Below are positions 20,971-31,436 of a stretch of 64,000 nucleotides of DNA, piece after piece; positions within the stretch are counted from its first letter, which is position 1; the number at the start of each line of letters is the position of its first letter. The stretch spans positions 3,534-67,533 of the forward strand of contig CAZYQE010000002.1 of assembly GCA_964650315.1 (NCBI GenBank), read 5' to 3'. The position numbers and the translations under genes were made by a program. The notes beneath the pieces are model-generated. The model saw only the letters and a program-made list of their open reading frames with translations. It did not search any database and was not told where the DNA came from. The DNA is from an uncultured Muribaculaceae bacterium (GTDB lineage Bacteria > Bacillota_I > Bacilli_A > RF39 > UBA660).

Positions 20971-21973
20971 TATAAAAAGATGTAGTGGTTGTGGTGTTAT
21001 ATTACAAGATGAAAATATACTTCAAGAAGGTTATACCACTAGTTTAGAAAATGATATTTGTCAAAGATGTTTTCGTATGAAAAACTATGGTGAATACCAA
21101 GTAGTAACAAAAAAATATGATGAATATATTAATATTTTTAAAGAGATAGGTAAGACAAAAGATTTAGTATTATATATTACTGATTTATTAAACTTAGATA
21201 AAGATTTAGAAAGTCTAAGAGAATATATTCCTAATAAAATGATATTAGTACTAAATAAAAAAGATGCTCTACCTAAATCTGTAAAGAAGAAAAAATTATT
21301 AGAATATATTCAAAATAAAAACTTAGATTTTGAAGATGTAATAGTCGTAAGTGTAAAGAAAAATTATAATTTTGATTATTTGATAAAAAGTATTAAACAT
21401 CATCAAACTAGTAAGAACGTTTATGTAGTAGGTAATACTAATGTAGGAAAAAGCAGTTTAATTAATAAGTTAATAGATAATTATTCAGAAAATAATCAAG
21501 AATTAACTATGTCACCACTTCCTGCTACTACGCTAAACAATGTTAAAATTGAAATAAATAATCATTTAACGCTAATAGACACACCAGGTTTAGTAGAACC
21601 AGGATCAATACTTAATTATGTGGATCCTAAAATGGTAAAAAAAATATCTCCACATAAAGAGATAAAACCAAAAACATTTCAATTAAGAAAAAATCAATCT
21701 ATTGTAATAGAAGATATTGTAAGAATCGATTATATAGAAGGAGAAAAAAACAGCTTTACTGTTTTTGTATCCAATGACTTAAATGTTAAAAGATATTTAA
21801 ATTCTTCTAATAGAAAAGACTTATTAGATTTAAATAAAACTACATATGATATTAAATATGGAGAAGACTTAGTTATAAATGGTATAGGTTTTATTAAGAT
21901 AGTAGATAAAGCTAAAGTAGATGTTTATATAGATAAAAATGTATCTACATTTACTAGAAAATCATTAATTTAA
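20963..21973 (+). CDS. yqeH: ribosome biogenesis GTPase YqeH
   Basis: N-terminal zinc finger CSGCGVILQ...CQRC. Circularly permuted GTPase motifs (NKKD, then GNTNVGKSSLIN, DTPG). The ATG at 20963 is preferred and overlaps the yqeG stop. Confidence 0.88.
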   Translation: MSNIKRCSGCGVILQDENILQEGYTTSLENDICQRCFRMKNYGEYQVVTKKYDEYINIFKEIGKTKDLVLYITDLLNLDKDLESLREYIPNKMILVLNKKDALPKSVKKKKLLEYIQNKNLDFEDVIVVSVKKNYNFDYLIKSIKHHQTSKNVYVVGNTNVGKSSLINKLIDNYSENNQELTMSPLPATTLNNVKIEINNHLTLIDTPGLVEPGSILNYVDPKMVKKISPHKEIKPKTFQLRKNQSIVIEDIVRIDYIEGEKNSFTVFVSNDLNVKRYLNSSNRKDLLDLNKTTYDIKYGEDLVINGIGFIKIVDKAKVDVYIDKNVSTFTRKSLI

Positions 21974-21984
21974 TATATAAATAT

Positions 21985-22016
21985 ACTTATAAATATTAAT
22001 ATTTTATAAGTTTTTT
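21985..22016 (+). terminator. intrinsic terminator after yqeH
   Basis: ACTTATAAA-N9-TTTATAAGT hairpin followed by TTTTTT. Confidence 0.55.
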
Positions 22017-22076
22017 GTTATAGAAAAAACATCTAAAATATGATATAATATATTATAGTTTGTAGAGGGTGATATC

Positions 22077-23798
22077 ATGAATAATAATCTTATTAATGAA
22101 ATTAGATCAAAAACAGATATTGTTGATATTATTGGTGAAAGAATACCTCTAGTCGCAAGAGGGAAAAACTTCTTTGGAGTTTGTCCTTTTCATGATGATT
22201 CAAATCCCTCACTTTGTGTTTCAAGAGAAAAGCAAATATATACATGTTTTTCATGTCATGCAACAGGTAATGTTTATACATTCTTAATGAATTATGATCA
22301 TATGGAGTTTAAGGAAGCATTAAGATATTTAGGAGAAAAAGTAAATGTAGATGTTTCTAATGTTAGAGTAAATAAAAAAATAAACAAATATGATAAATTA
22401 TATGAAGCATATAATTTATCTGTAAAGTATTTTGAAAATAATTTATTATCTAAAGTAGGAGAATCAGCTCGTAAATATTTATTATCTAGAAAAATAGATA
22501 ATAAATTAATTAAAGAATTTCAAATAGGATTATCCCTAGATAAAAAAGATGATCTAACAAAACTTTTAACAAGTAAAAAATATGATTTAAAAACATTAAA
22601 TAGTATTGGACTATCTAATGATGATAGAGATATTTATAATGATAGAATAATGTTTCCATTATATGATGTTAGTGGTAAAGTAGTTGGTTTTAGTGGAAGA
22701 GTATATAAAGATACTAATACTAATAAATATGTTAATACTAAAGAAACAGATATTTTTAAAAAAGGAGAAATGTTATATCACTATCATATAGCTAAAGAAG
22801 AAGCACGTATTTCTAAGAGTGTAATAGTAATGGAAGGTTTTATGGATGTTATAAGAACTTCTTCTATAGGAATAAAAAATACAGTTGCTCTTATGGGAAC
22901 AGCTCTTACTAAAGAACAAATAAATCTATTAAAAAGACTTTCTAAAAATATAATATTATGTCTAGATGGAGATAAAGCTGGTGTTAAGGCTACTCTAAGT
23001 ATTGGAGATATGTTAGAAGCTGAAGATTTAGATGTAAAAGTAATTAGTCTACCTAATCCAGATGATCCAGATACGTATATTTTAAATAATGGAGAAGAGA
23101 AGTTTAAAAATTTAGTAGATAGTGCTATTAACTTTAGTGATTTTAAACTAGATAAATTAAAAGAAAATTATGATTTTAGAAGTGACGAGGAAAAATCTAA
23201 TTACATAAATGAAGTATTAAAAGAAACAAGAAAATTAACAGATCCAATTAGAATAGAATTAGTACTAAAAAAACTTGCAAAAGAGTTCGATATAGGTTAT
23301 AATACTTTGGAAATGCGGTTCAGTGAGTTAAAAAAACCTAAAGTAAAGAAAAATAAGGTTATTACTAAACCAAAAATAAATAAGAAAAAAACAAAGTATG
23401 AAAAAGCTATGGAACAAGTATTATATTCTATGCTAAATAATGAAGAACTAATTAACAAAGTAAGTAATGAAAAACTAATATTTCCTAATGATGAAAGTAG
23501 AATATTAGCTAGTGAAATTAATTATTATTATTTAAAGAATGGTAGTATTAATATTCCAGATTTTTATACTTATGTTCAAGATAAAGAAGAAGTTGTAGAT
23601 TTACTTAATGAGATTTTAGCGGGAAATTATATGGATAATATAAATGAAGAAGATTTTAATGAGTACTGTAAAGTAATAAAGGATTATAGTAAAAATCAAG
23701 AAATTAAAAGATTAACAGGGCTATTAAAAAAAGAGATTGATCCAATAGAACAAGCTAAAATTGCTAATGAAATAAGAAATTTACGAATGGGAGAATAA
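22077..23798 (+). CDS. dnaG: DNA primase
   Basis: Zinc ribbon [13 protein letters not shown]...CFSCH, plus a TOPRIM region ([15 protein letters not shown]). An extended -10 TGATATAAT lies at 22041-22049. Confidence 0.95.
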   Translation: MNNNLINEIRSKTDIVDIIGERIPLVARGKNFFGVCPFHDDSNPSLCVSREKQIYTCFSCHATGNVYTFLMNYDHMEFKEALRYLGEKVNVDVSNVRVNKKINKYDKLYEAYNLSVKYFENNLLSKVGESARKYLLSRKIDNKLIKEFQIGLSLDKKDDLTKLLTSKKYDLKTLNSIGLSNDDRDIYNDRIMFPLYDVSGKVVGFSGRVYKDTNTNKYVNTKETDIFKKGEMLYHYHIAKEEARISKSVIVMEGFMDVIRTSSIGIKNTVALMGTALTKEQINLLKRLSKNIILCLDGDKAGVKATLSIGDMLEAEDLDVKVISLPNPDDPDTYILNNGEEKFKNLVDSAINFSDFKLDKLKENYDFRSDEEKSNYINEVLKETRKLTDPIRIELVLKKLAKEFDIGYNTLEMRFSELKKPKVKKNKVITKPKINKKKTKYEKAMEQVLYSMLNNEELINKVSNEKLIFPNDESRILASEINYYYLKNGSINIPDFYTYVQDKEEVVDLLNEILAGNYMDNINEEDFNEYCKVIKDYSKNQEIKRLTGLLKKEIDPIEQAKIANEIRNLRMGE

Positions 23799-23800
23799 AT

Positions 23801-24892
23801 ATGGTTGTAGAGATTAAGACAATTGAAGAAAGAAGAAATAAGTTACTTAATCTAGGTAAGAAACAAGGTTATATAACTTATGAACAATTAGCCGGAGAAT
23901 TAAAAGGATTAGAAATTGATAGTGATACTTTAGATGAATTATATAACTTCTTAGTAGAAAATGATATTGAAGTAGTTTCTGAAGATGGATCTGATGATGC
24001 ATCAGGAGAAGAAATCACTCCAGAAGTAAAAGCTGAAGACTTAACTATGTCTAAAGATGTAAAAATTAATGATCCAGTTAGAATGTATTTAAAAGAAATT
24101 GGACGTATTAACTTACTTACATCTGATGAAGAGTTTGAATATGCTGGGAGAGCTGTTGAAGGTGATGAAGAAGCAAAAAGATTGCTTGCTGAATCTAACT
24201 TACGTTTAGTTGTTAGTATTGCTAAAAGATATGTTGGACGTGGAATGTTATTCTTAGATTTAATTCAAGAAGGTAATATTGGATTAATGAAAGCAGTAGA
24301 TAAGTTTGATCCAACTAAAGGTTATAAATTTTCTACATATGCAACTTGGTGGATAAGACAAGCTATAACAAGAGCTATTGCAGATCAAGCTAGAACTATT
24401 CGTGTACCAGTTCATATGGTTGAAACAATCAATAAATTAGCTAGAGTACAAAGACAATTAACACAAGAGTTAAATAGAGAACCAACAGATGAAGAAATAG
24501 CTAAAAAATTAGGAATTACTATAGAAAAAGTTAGAGAAGTATATAAAATATCTCAAGATCCAGTATCTTTAGAAACTCCAATAGGAGAAGAAGATGATTC
24601 TCATTTAGGAGATTTCGTTCCTGATGAGAGAACTATGGGTCCTGAAGAATATGCAACAATAGAAATGTTAAAAGAAGAATTACAAGGAGTTTTAGGAACT
24701 CTAACTGAAAGAGAAGAAAGAGTATTACGTTTAAGATTTGGTCTTGATGATGGACAATGTAGAACACTAGAAGAAGTTGGACAAATCTTTGGAGTAACAA
24801 GAGAAAGAATTCGTCAAATAGAAGCTAAAGCTCTACGTAAATTAAGACACCCATCTAGATCAAGAAAGTTAAAGGACTTTTTAACAGATTAA
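23801..24892 (+). CDS. sigA: primary sigma factor (sigma-70/SigA)
   Basis: Region 2 is [48 protein letters not shown]. Region 4 is [30 protein letters not shown]. Forms the dnaG-sigA operon. Confidence 0.97.
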   Translation: MVVEIKTIEERRNKLLNLGKKQGYITYEQLAGELKGLEIDSDTLDELYNFLVENDIEVVSEDGSDDASGEEITPEVKAEDLTMSKDVKINDPVRMYLKEIGRINLLTSDEEFEYAGRAVEGDEEAKRLLAESNLRLVVSIAKRYVGRGMLFLDLIQEGNIGLMKAVDKFDPTKGYKFSTYATWWIRQAITRAIADQARTIRVPVHMVETINKLARVQRQLTQELNREPTDEEIAKKLGITIEKVREVYKISQDPVSLETPIGEEDDSHLGDFVPDERTMGPEEYATIEMLKEELQGVLGTLTEREERVLRLRFGLDDGQCRTLEEVGQIFGVTRERIRQIEAKALRKLRHPSRSRKLKDFLTD

Positions 24893-25557
24893 TGAAAATA
24901 AATAATAGATTAAAACAAATAGGAGATTTAGTAGAAGCTAACTCTTTTTGTTTAGATGTAGGTTGCGATCATGCGCTTCTAGATATTTACTTAGTAAAGA
25001 AAAATAAAAATATAAAAGCAATTGCCTCGGATGTTAAAGAAGGACCATTAAAGAACGCTTTAGAAAATATAAAAAAAGAAAAACTTGAAGATAAAATAGA
25101 ATTAAGACTAGGTAATGGTCTAGATACTTATAGTGATGATATAAATACTGTTATTATTTCTGGTATGGGTGGTAGAAATATAATAGGTATTTTAAAAAAC
25201 AATCTAAAAATAACTAAAAAAATAGATACTTTTATAATAAGTCCAAATAATTACCAAGAAGATGTAAAAAGATTCTTAACTAAAAATAAATTTTATATAG
25301 AAAACGAAGTATTAGTAAAAGATTCTAAATATATATATCAAATTATAGTATTTAAAAAAGGTAAAAGGAAATATTCTAAAAAAGAATATTTTATTGGACC
25401 AAAGCTATTAGAGAATAAGAATAAATTATTTAAAGAATATTATTCTAAAGAATTAAAATCTAGAGAAATATTATTAGATATATTACCTAAAAACTTTAGA
25501 TTAAAAAAATATAAACTAAAAAAAGAAATAAAAATATTAAAAGAAATTTTAAACTAG
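24892..25557 (+). CDS. trmK: tRNA (adenine22-N1)-methyltransferase
   Basis: DVGCDHALLDIYL and ASDV.EGPL motifs. Sits immediately after sigA, as B. subtilis yqfN/trmK does. Confidence 0.8.
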   Translation: MKINNRLKQIGDLVEANSFCLDVGCDHALLDIYLVKKNKNIKAIASDVKEGPLKNALENIKKEKLEDKIELRLGNGLDTYSDDINTVIISGMGGRNIIGILKNNLKITKKIDTFIISPNNYQEDVKRFLTKNKFYIENEVLVKDSKYIYQIIVFKKGKRKYSKKEYFIGPKLLENKNKLFKEYYSKELKSREILLDILPKNFRLKKYKLKKEIKILKEILN

Positions 25558-25575
25558 CTATCAGCTAGTTTTTTA
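25551..25575. terminator. bidirectional terminator hairpin at the convergent gene ends
   Basis: AAACTAGCT-ATC-AGCTAGTTT followed by TTTT. Confidence 0.6.
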
Positions 25576-25922
25576 TTTATACCAGAAATAGATCCTAATA
25601 TAGAAGATGTAATAATTATAATATAATATATTAATACTTTATAACTTAATACTTCCCTAGATAACAAAGTAAATATAAAAAATAATATAATTATAATTAA
25701 ACTATGTTTAATACCTTCTATATAACCTTTTTTAGTACTATTTTTACCTAATATATATGCACTTATAAATATATTAATAATTAAATTAATTAACATAAAT
25801 ATATGATTTAAATCCTTAGATATAATATTAAAATAATAAAGAACAGTTATAAATAATAAAGTAATTATAATAGATAAACTCATCCATAATAATCTTTTTC
25901 CATATTTAATGATATAATTCAT
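25554..25922 (-). CDS. small 4-TM membrane protein (YrzE/TIGR04086-like, tentative)
   Basis: The start at MNYIIKYGKRLL (ATG 25922-25920), preceded by GAGGTG, is preferred. The 35-aa upstream extension in the track has no RBS. The protein has four hydrophobic segments. Confidence 0.5.
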   Translation of the reverse strand: MNYIIKYGKRLLWMSLSIIITLLFITVLYYFNIISKDLNHIFMLINLIINIFISAYILGKNSTKKGYIEGIKHSLIIIILFFIFTLLSREVLSYKVLIYYIIIITSSILGSISGINKKLADS

Positions 25923-25996
25923 AAATACACCTCTATTAATATTTATGTTTATGAATAGAAACTTATGAATTATAACACAATAATAATGGTGATAAT

Positions 25997-26641
25997 ATGA
26001 GTTATATAATTGTATTAAGTAAAACATTATTCTTTTATTTTTTAATTACTATAGTATATAGAATAATGGGTAAAAGAGAAGTAGGAGAATTATCTATAAT
26101 GGATTTTATAGTGTCCATCTTTATCGCAGAATTAGCTGCTATGTCTATAGATAATCATAATGAATCTATATTCATGTCTTTATTTCCAATGATAATACTT
26201 GTACTAATACAAATTGGAATAGCTAAAATATCTTTTAATAATTCTAAAATAAGAACACTTATAGACGGAGATCCTTCAGTAATTATTAATAGAGGAAAAA
26301 TAAATTTTAAAGAAATGTTAAATCAAAGATATAACCTAGATGATTTATTAGTACAATTAAGATCTAAAGGAATAAAATCTATCGAAGAAGTAGATTATGC
26401 CATATTAGAAACTAGTGGTAAATTATCAGTTTTTAAAAAAGAAGAAGATAAAAACAGGTCATATCCATTACCTATAATTATAGAAGGAGAAATACAAGAA
26501 GATACTCTAATACAAATAAATAAAGATAAAAAATGGTTAAAAGAAACTCTAAAAGATAAGAATTATATATTAGATGATATATTCTATGGCTTTTATAAAA
26601 ATAATAAGCTATTCTTAATAGAAAAAAACACTATAAAATGA
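25997..26641 (+). CDS. DUF421 (YetF/YrbG-like) membrane protein
   Basis: N-terminal 3-TM region with RIMGKREVGELSIMDFIV, then a soluble C-terminal domain. This is the typical DUF421 architecture. Confidence 0.75.
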   Translation: MSYIIVLSKTLFFYFLITIVYRIMGKREVGELSIMDFIVSIFIAELAAMSIDNHNESIFMSLFPMIILVLIQIGIAKISFNNSKIRTLIDGDPSVIINRGKINFKEMLNQRYNLDDLLVQLRSKGIKSIEEVDYAILETSGKLSVFKKEEDKNRSYPLPIIIEGEIQEDTLIQINKDKKWLKETLKDKNYILDDIFYGFYKNNKLFLIEKNTIK

Positions 26642-26685
26642 CAAAATAAACATAAAAATTAATATATATTTATATAGGTGATATT

Positions 26686-27834
26686 ATGAAAAAATATATA
26701 TTAATTTTTTTAATATTATTAGTATTTATAAATATATCTAGTAATAATAAAAAAGAACTAGAAATAAAAGAACAAAGATCTATATTTATAAGTTATATAG
26801 AATTAAAGAATTATTTAAATACTGATATAAACACTAGTAAAAAGAATATTAAAACTATGATAAAAAATATAAAAAAATATAAATTTAATACTATAATACT
26901 CCAAGTAAGAAGTTTTTCTGATTCTATATATAAATCTAATATATATCCATGGAGTAGTATTTTTACTAATGAAGAGGGTAAATATCCAGGATATGATATT
27001 CTAGATTATTTTATAAAAGAATCACATAAAGAAAATATATTATTATATGCATGGATTAATCCATATCGAGTAAGATTAAATACTGATATAAAAAGTATAA
27101 GTACTAAAAATCCTGCTTATAAATACATAAATACTGATGTTTTATATGTAAATAATGGTATATATTATAATCCTGCTAAAGAAGAAGTAATTAATTTAAT
27201 AACTAATGGAGTAGAAGAAATAGTAAAGAATTATAAAGTAGATGGAGTATTATTTGATGATTATTTTTATCCAGATAAGAATATAGATATTAAAGATTAT
27301 AATAAGTATAAGAAAAACAATAATATAACACTAAAACAATTCCACTTAAATAATGTTAATAAATTAGTAGAAAGAGTACATAAAGTATGTAAGAAATATA
27401 ATACTAAGTTTGGTATATCTCCTGATGGTAATATAGAGAATAATTACAATAAGAATTATGCAGATGTTAAATTATGGTGCAGTTCTAATAAGTATATAGA
27501 TTTTATAATGCCTCAAATATATTATGGTTTTTATAACGAAACAAAAGACTTTAGAAAAGTAATAAAAGAATGGGAAACTATAATAAAAAGTAATATAGAT
27601 TTACATATAGCTTTAGCTTTTTATAAAAGCGGTAAAGTAGATAAATATGCTAAAAGTGGATCTAATGAATGGATAGATAATAATAATATTATAATGAAAG
27701 AAATATTACTAAGTAGAAATTTAAATCATTATAAAGGATTTGCTTTATTTAGATATGATCATTTATTTAACAAAGAATATCAAACTGTAAATAGTGTAAA
27801 GGAATTAGAAAATATAGAAGATATAATAGAATAA
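26686..27834 (+). CDS. secreted glycoside-hydrolase-like family 10 (YngK/DUF187-like) protein
   Basis: Signal peptide, then motifs such as FNTIILQVR, YAWINPYRV and VDGVLFDDYFYP. Confidence 0.65.
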   Translation: MKKYILIFLILLVFINISSNNKKELEIKEQRSIFISYIELKNYLNTDINTSKKNIKTMIKNIKKYKFNTIILQVRSFSDSIYKSNIYPWSSIFTNEEGKYPGYDILDYFIKESHKENILLYAWINPYRVRLNTDIKSISTKNPAYKYINTDVLYVNNGIYYNPAKEEVINLITNGVEEIVKNYKVDGVLFDDYFYPDKNIDIKDYNKYKKNNNITLKQFHLNNVNKLVERVHKVCKKYNTKFGISPDGNIENNYNKNYADVKLWCSSNKYIDFIMPQIYYGFYNETKDFRKVIKEWETIIKSNIDLHIALAFYKSGKVDKYAKSGSNEWIDNNNIIMKEILLSRNLNHYKGFALFRYDHLFNKEYQTVNSVKELENIEDIIE

Positions 27835-27870
27835 TATATAACTTATGATATAATTAATATAGGTGATAAT

Positions 27871-28374
27871 ATGAAAAATAAAAAAGGATTTACACTAGTA
27901 GAATTACTTGCTGCTATGGTTATATTAGGTCTGATAATGGCAATAGCTATTCCTAATATCATGGGAGTATTAAAAAGTAATAGAGAAAAAATATATGTAG
28001 AAGATGCTAAAAGATTATCAGCATTAGCTGAATATAAATTTAAAGGAGATTCAACAATAGTAAAACCAACTGAAGATTATCAATGCACAGTTTTACCATT
28101 AAGTTATTTAGATAATGGCGAATTTGAAAAAGCACCTGATGGAAAACCATATGATAAAAACAAATCATTTGTTACTATAAAAAAAGAAGCTGCTAAATAT
28201 ATTTATTATGTCACTTTAGCTGATTCATCAAATAAAGGTATTGAATATAAAAAAACAGATGAATTAAATATAAACAAACCAAGCGATTTAATTACACAAA
28301 ATGTTAGTGTAACATATAATGGTGCTACTGTTTCTGGTAAATGTACTTGCACTGTAAACAATGCATGCTATTAA
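27871..28374 (+). CDS. type IV pilin / pseudopilin-like protein
   Basis: Class III signal: MKNKKG|FTLVELLAAMVILGLIMAIAIP, with Gly-1, Phe+1 and Glu+5. The C-terminus carries Cys residues (CTCTVNNAC). Confidence 0.85.
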   Translation: MKNKKGFTLVELLAAMVILGLIMAIAIPNIMGVLKSNREKIYVEDAKRLSALAEYKFKGDSTIVKPTEDYQCTVLPLSYLDNGEFEKAPDGKPYDKNKSFVTIKKEAAKYIYYVTLADSSNKGIEYKKTDELNINKPSDLITQNVSVTYNGATVSGKCTCTVNNACY

Positions 28375-28445
28375 TATAAATAATAATTGATTTTTAGAAA
28401 AAGATATGTTAATATTTAACTATAAAATAAAGGAGATGTTTAATT

Positions 28446-28934
28446 GTGAAGAAGTTAAATAAAAAAGGATTTACATTAGTAGAATTACTTGCAGTTGTAG
28501 TTATATTAGGAATTTTGATGTTAGTTGCTATCCCAGCTATTCAAAAAGCAATACAAAATTCTAAGAAGGGAACGTTTGCAGACTCAGCTAAAGAAGTTGT
28601 AAATGCAGTTAAAAATGCATATGCTGCAGATGAGTTAGGAGAAACTTGTCCTAATGGAGTGGATGGTACATATAAAGTAGATTATAGTGAAGCTCAAAAA
28701 TTATTAGAAACAGAGTTTAAAAGTCCGTTTCATCCAAAAGAAGAAATTGAAGGATACATATTGATAACTGTTACTAAAGGTAAAGCAACATATAAAGCAG
28801 AATTATATGAAAAAACTTCAAAAGCAGGAATAGATGGTTTACAGGAATTTCATAATATTAAACCTGAAAATATAAAAGATAAAGGTGTTGAACCAGTAAC
28901 TGCATCTGGTACATCATGTACAGTTTCTCAATAA
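28446..28934 (+). CDS. type IV pilin / pseudopilin-like protein (paralogue)
   Basis: GTG start after AGGAG. Class III signal KKLNKKG|FTLVELLAVVVILGILMLVAIP. The first ~50 nt after the cleavage site are nearly identical to the upstream gene. Confidence 0.85.
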   Translation: MKKLNKKGFTLVELLAVVVILGILMLVAIPAIQKAIQNSKKGTFADSAKEVVNAVKNAYAADELGETCPNGVDGTYKVDYSEAQKLLETEFKSPFHPKEEIEGYILITVTKGKATYKAELYEKTSKAGIDGLQEFHNIKPENIKDKGVEPVTASGTSCTVSQ

Positions 28935-28948
28935 AATATGTTATAATA

Positions 28949-28974
28949 AACTTAGTATTAACTAAGTTTTTTTA
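28949..28974 (+). terminator. intrinsic terminator after the pilin pair
   Basis: AACTTAGT-ATTA-ACTAAGTT followed by TTTTTT. Confidence 0.65.
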
Positions 28975-28985
28975 TGGAGGTAATT

Positions 28986-29864
28986 ATGTTATATATAGGT
29001 AGTCATGTTGGATTTAATAAAAATAGTCAATTAATGGGCAGTTTAGAAGAAGCATTAAGTTATGGTTCTAATACTTTTATGTTTTATACAGGTGCACCTC
29101 AAAATACTAGAAGATATCCAATAGATGATAAACTAACTAAAGAAGCATTAGATATAATGAAAACTAATAATATAGATTATTCTAAAGTAGTAGTACATGC
29201 ACCATATATTATTAATCTTGCTAATGATAAAGAAGAAGATAAGTTTAATTTTGCAGTTAATTTTTTAAAAGAAGAATTATCTAGATGTAATGATTTAGGT
29301 ATTAAAAATGTAGTACTTCATCCAGGTAGTCATGTTGGACTTGGCAAAGAAAAAGCTATTAGTAATATTATTAAAGGGTTAAACTTAGTACTTGGTAAAG
29401 TAGATGTTACTATTCTTTTAGAAACTATGGCTGGTAAAGGTACAGAGATCGGTTCTTCTTTAGAAGAGATTAAAGAAATAATAGATGGAATTAAAGATAA
29501 AGATCATATTGGAGTATGTCTAGATACTTGTCATTTATCTGATAGTGGTTATGATATGGCTGATTTTGATAAATTACTTGATAAGTTTGATAAATTAATT
29601 GGTATAGATAAAATAAAATGTGTTCATATAAACGATAGTAAAAATGAAGTAGGAGCTCATAAAGATAGACATGAAAATATAGGTTTTGGACATATTGGTT
29701 TTGATAAATTAATTAACGTCATTTATAACAAAAGATTAGAATCTGTTCCTAAGATTTTAGAGACACCTTATATAGATAGGGAATATCCACCATATAAATA
29801 TGAAATAGAAATGATTAGGAATAAAAAATTTGATCCAAAATTACTTGATAAAATAAGAAAATAA
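28986..29864 (+). CDS. nfo: endonuclease IV
   Basis: MLYIGSHVG, HAPYIINLA, VLHPGSH, LETMAGKG, CLDTCH and HINDS motifs. The ATG at 28986 after GGAGG is preferred over the track start at 28974. Confidence 0.92.
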   Translation: MLYIGSHVGFNKNSQLMGSLEEALSYGSNTFMFYTGAPQNTRRYPIDDKLTKEALDIMKTNNIDYSKVVVHAPYIINLANDKEEDKFNFAVNFLKEELSRCNDLGIKNVVLHPGSHVGLGKEKAISNIIKGLNLVLGKVDVTILLETMAGKGTEIGSSLEEIKEIIDGIKDKDHIGVCLDTCHLSDSGYDMADFDKLLDKFDKLIGIDKIKCVHINDSKNEVGAHKDRHENIGFGHIGFDKLINVIYNKRLESVPKILETPYIDREYPPYKYEIEMIRNKKFDPKLLDKIRK

Positions 29865-29873
29865 CTGTATAAT
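29845..29873 (+). promoter_or_regulatory. promoter of the hisS-aspS leader
   Basis: TTGATA at 29845-29850, 17-nt spacer, and an extended -10 TGTATAAT at 29866-29873. Confidence 0.55.
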
Positions 29874-29879
29874 TTAAGT

Positions 29880-30072
29880 AACTTCTAAAGAGGAGTAATT
29901 ATATTAATATTTAATAGAGAAAGTATGGTTGGTGGAAATACTAAATATTATGTAATGAAGACACTTTATTAATAGAAGTTTCGTGTAACTACGTTATAAG
30001 TTTAAGAGTATAAAATAAGGTGGCACCACGGATATATTTCGTCCTTAGTAGGTGGTCACTTTTTATTTTTTA
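29880..30072 (+). ncRNA. T-box leader (tRNA-His specifier) controlling hisS-aspS
   Basis: AGAGA (GA/K-turn) element near 29916. GGTGGAA distal-loop-like element. Candidate specifier CAC at 29962-29964 within GAAGACAC. Conserved T-box sequence AAGGTGGCACCACGG at 30017-30031. A downstream complementary segment GGTGGTCAC is followed by TTTTTATTTTTT. Confidence 0.7.
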
Positions 30073-30084
30073 GGAGGGATTTTT

Positions 30085-31434
30085 ATGATTAAAAAACAAA
30101 AAGGATGTCATGATATTTATGGAAGAGAAGCTAAAGTGTGGAAGTATGTAGATACTGTAATTGATTCTGTAATGGAAAAGTATAATTATGGGTATATTCG
30201 TACTCCAATATTTGAAGCTACTGAATTATTCCACAGAGGTGTAGGAGAAACTACTGATATTGTTACTAAAGAGTGTTATGATTTTGAAGATAAAGGTAAA
30301 AGAAAGATAACACTACGTCCAGAAGGTACTGCAGGTGTTGTTAGAAGTTATATTGAAAATAAAATGTATGGAGATAACAATCAACCAGTAAAAGTATATT
30401 ATAATGGACCAATGTATCGTTATGAAAGACCACAATCAGGTAGGGATAGAGAACTAACTCAATTTGGTATGGAAATATTAGGTAGTGATGATCCACTTTC
30501 TGATGCAGAAATTATCTCTTTAGCAGTAAACATCTATAAAATGTTAGGATTAAAAGGTTTAAAAGTAAATATTAATTCTTTAGGTGATAATGAGTCACGT
30601 ATGAATTATAGAAAAGCTTTAGTAGATTATTTTACTCCACATATAGATGAATTTTGTGATGACTGTAAGGAAAGATTAGAAAAGAATCCTTTAAGAATAT
30701 TAGATTGTAAAGTAGATAAAGATAATAAAATATTAAAAGAAGCTCCTAAAACAATAGATTATTTAAATAAAGAATCTAAAGAATACTTTGATAAAGTAAA
30801 AGAATATTTAGATATAATGCAAGTTAAATATGAAGTTAATCCTAGTATTGTTAGAGGTCTAGATTATTATAATCACACAGTATTTGAAATAGAAGCAGAA
30901 GTAGAAGGTTTTGGTTCTAATAATGTAATTGGTGCTGGTGGTAGATATAATGGACTAGTTAAAGAACTAGATGGTCCAGATACACCATGTGTAGGTTTTG
31001 CTTGTGGTTTTGGAAGATTAGTTATGGCTTTAGAATTAGAAAATATTAAACTACCAATAGTAGAAGATATAGATTTATTCTTAATGTATGTAAATGATGA
31101 AGAAAAAAAATATGCTGCATATTTAACACAAGAACTACGTATGGCAGGATTTATTGTTGAAACAGATTATCTAAATAGAAGCCTAAAAGCTCAATTTAAA
31201 CAAGCAGATAGATTAAATTCTAAATATACTGCAGTATTAAATAGTGAAGATTTAGATAATAATGAAATTAAGATTAAAAATAATAAAACTAAAGAAGAAG
31301 AAATTATTTCTTTAGATGCATTAATATATTATTTAGATGAAAAACTAAATACAGATTTAGATGAATGTGAATGTGGTGATGATTGTAATTGTGATCATGA
31401 ACACTGTAATTGTAAACATGATGAAGAGGTGTAA
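30085..31434 (+). CDS. hisS: histidyl-tRNA synthetase with Cys/His-rich C-terminal tail
   Basis: Class II motifs (RPEGTAGVVR, MYRYERPQ.GR.REL.QFG, GGGRYD-like GAGGRYNGL). The ATG at 30085 after AGGAGGG is preferred; the track start at 30052 lies inside the leader terminator. Confidence 0.95.
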   Translation: MIKKQKGCHDIYGREAKVWKYVDTVIDSVMEKYNYGYIRTPIFEATELFHRGVGETTDIVTKECYDFEDKGKRKITLRPEGTAGVVRSYIENKMYGDNNQPVKVYYNGPMYRYERPQSGRDRELTQFGMEILGSDDPLSDAEIISLAVNIYKMLGLKGLKVNINSLGDNESRMNYRKALVDYFTPHIDEFCDDCKERLEKNPLRILDCKVDKDNKILKEAPKTIDYLNKESKEYFDKVKEYLDIMQVKYEVNPSIVRGLDYYNHTVFEIEAEVEGFGSNNVIGAGGRYNGLVKELDGPDTPCVGFACGFGRLVMALELENIKLPIVEDIDLFLMYVNDEEKKYAAYLTQELRMAGFIVETDYLNRSLKAQFKQADRLNSKYTAVLNSEDLDNNEIKIKNNKTKEEEIISLDALIYYLDEKLNTDLDECECGDDCNCDHEHCNCKHDEEV

Positions 31435-31436
31435 TA

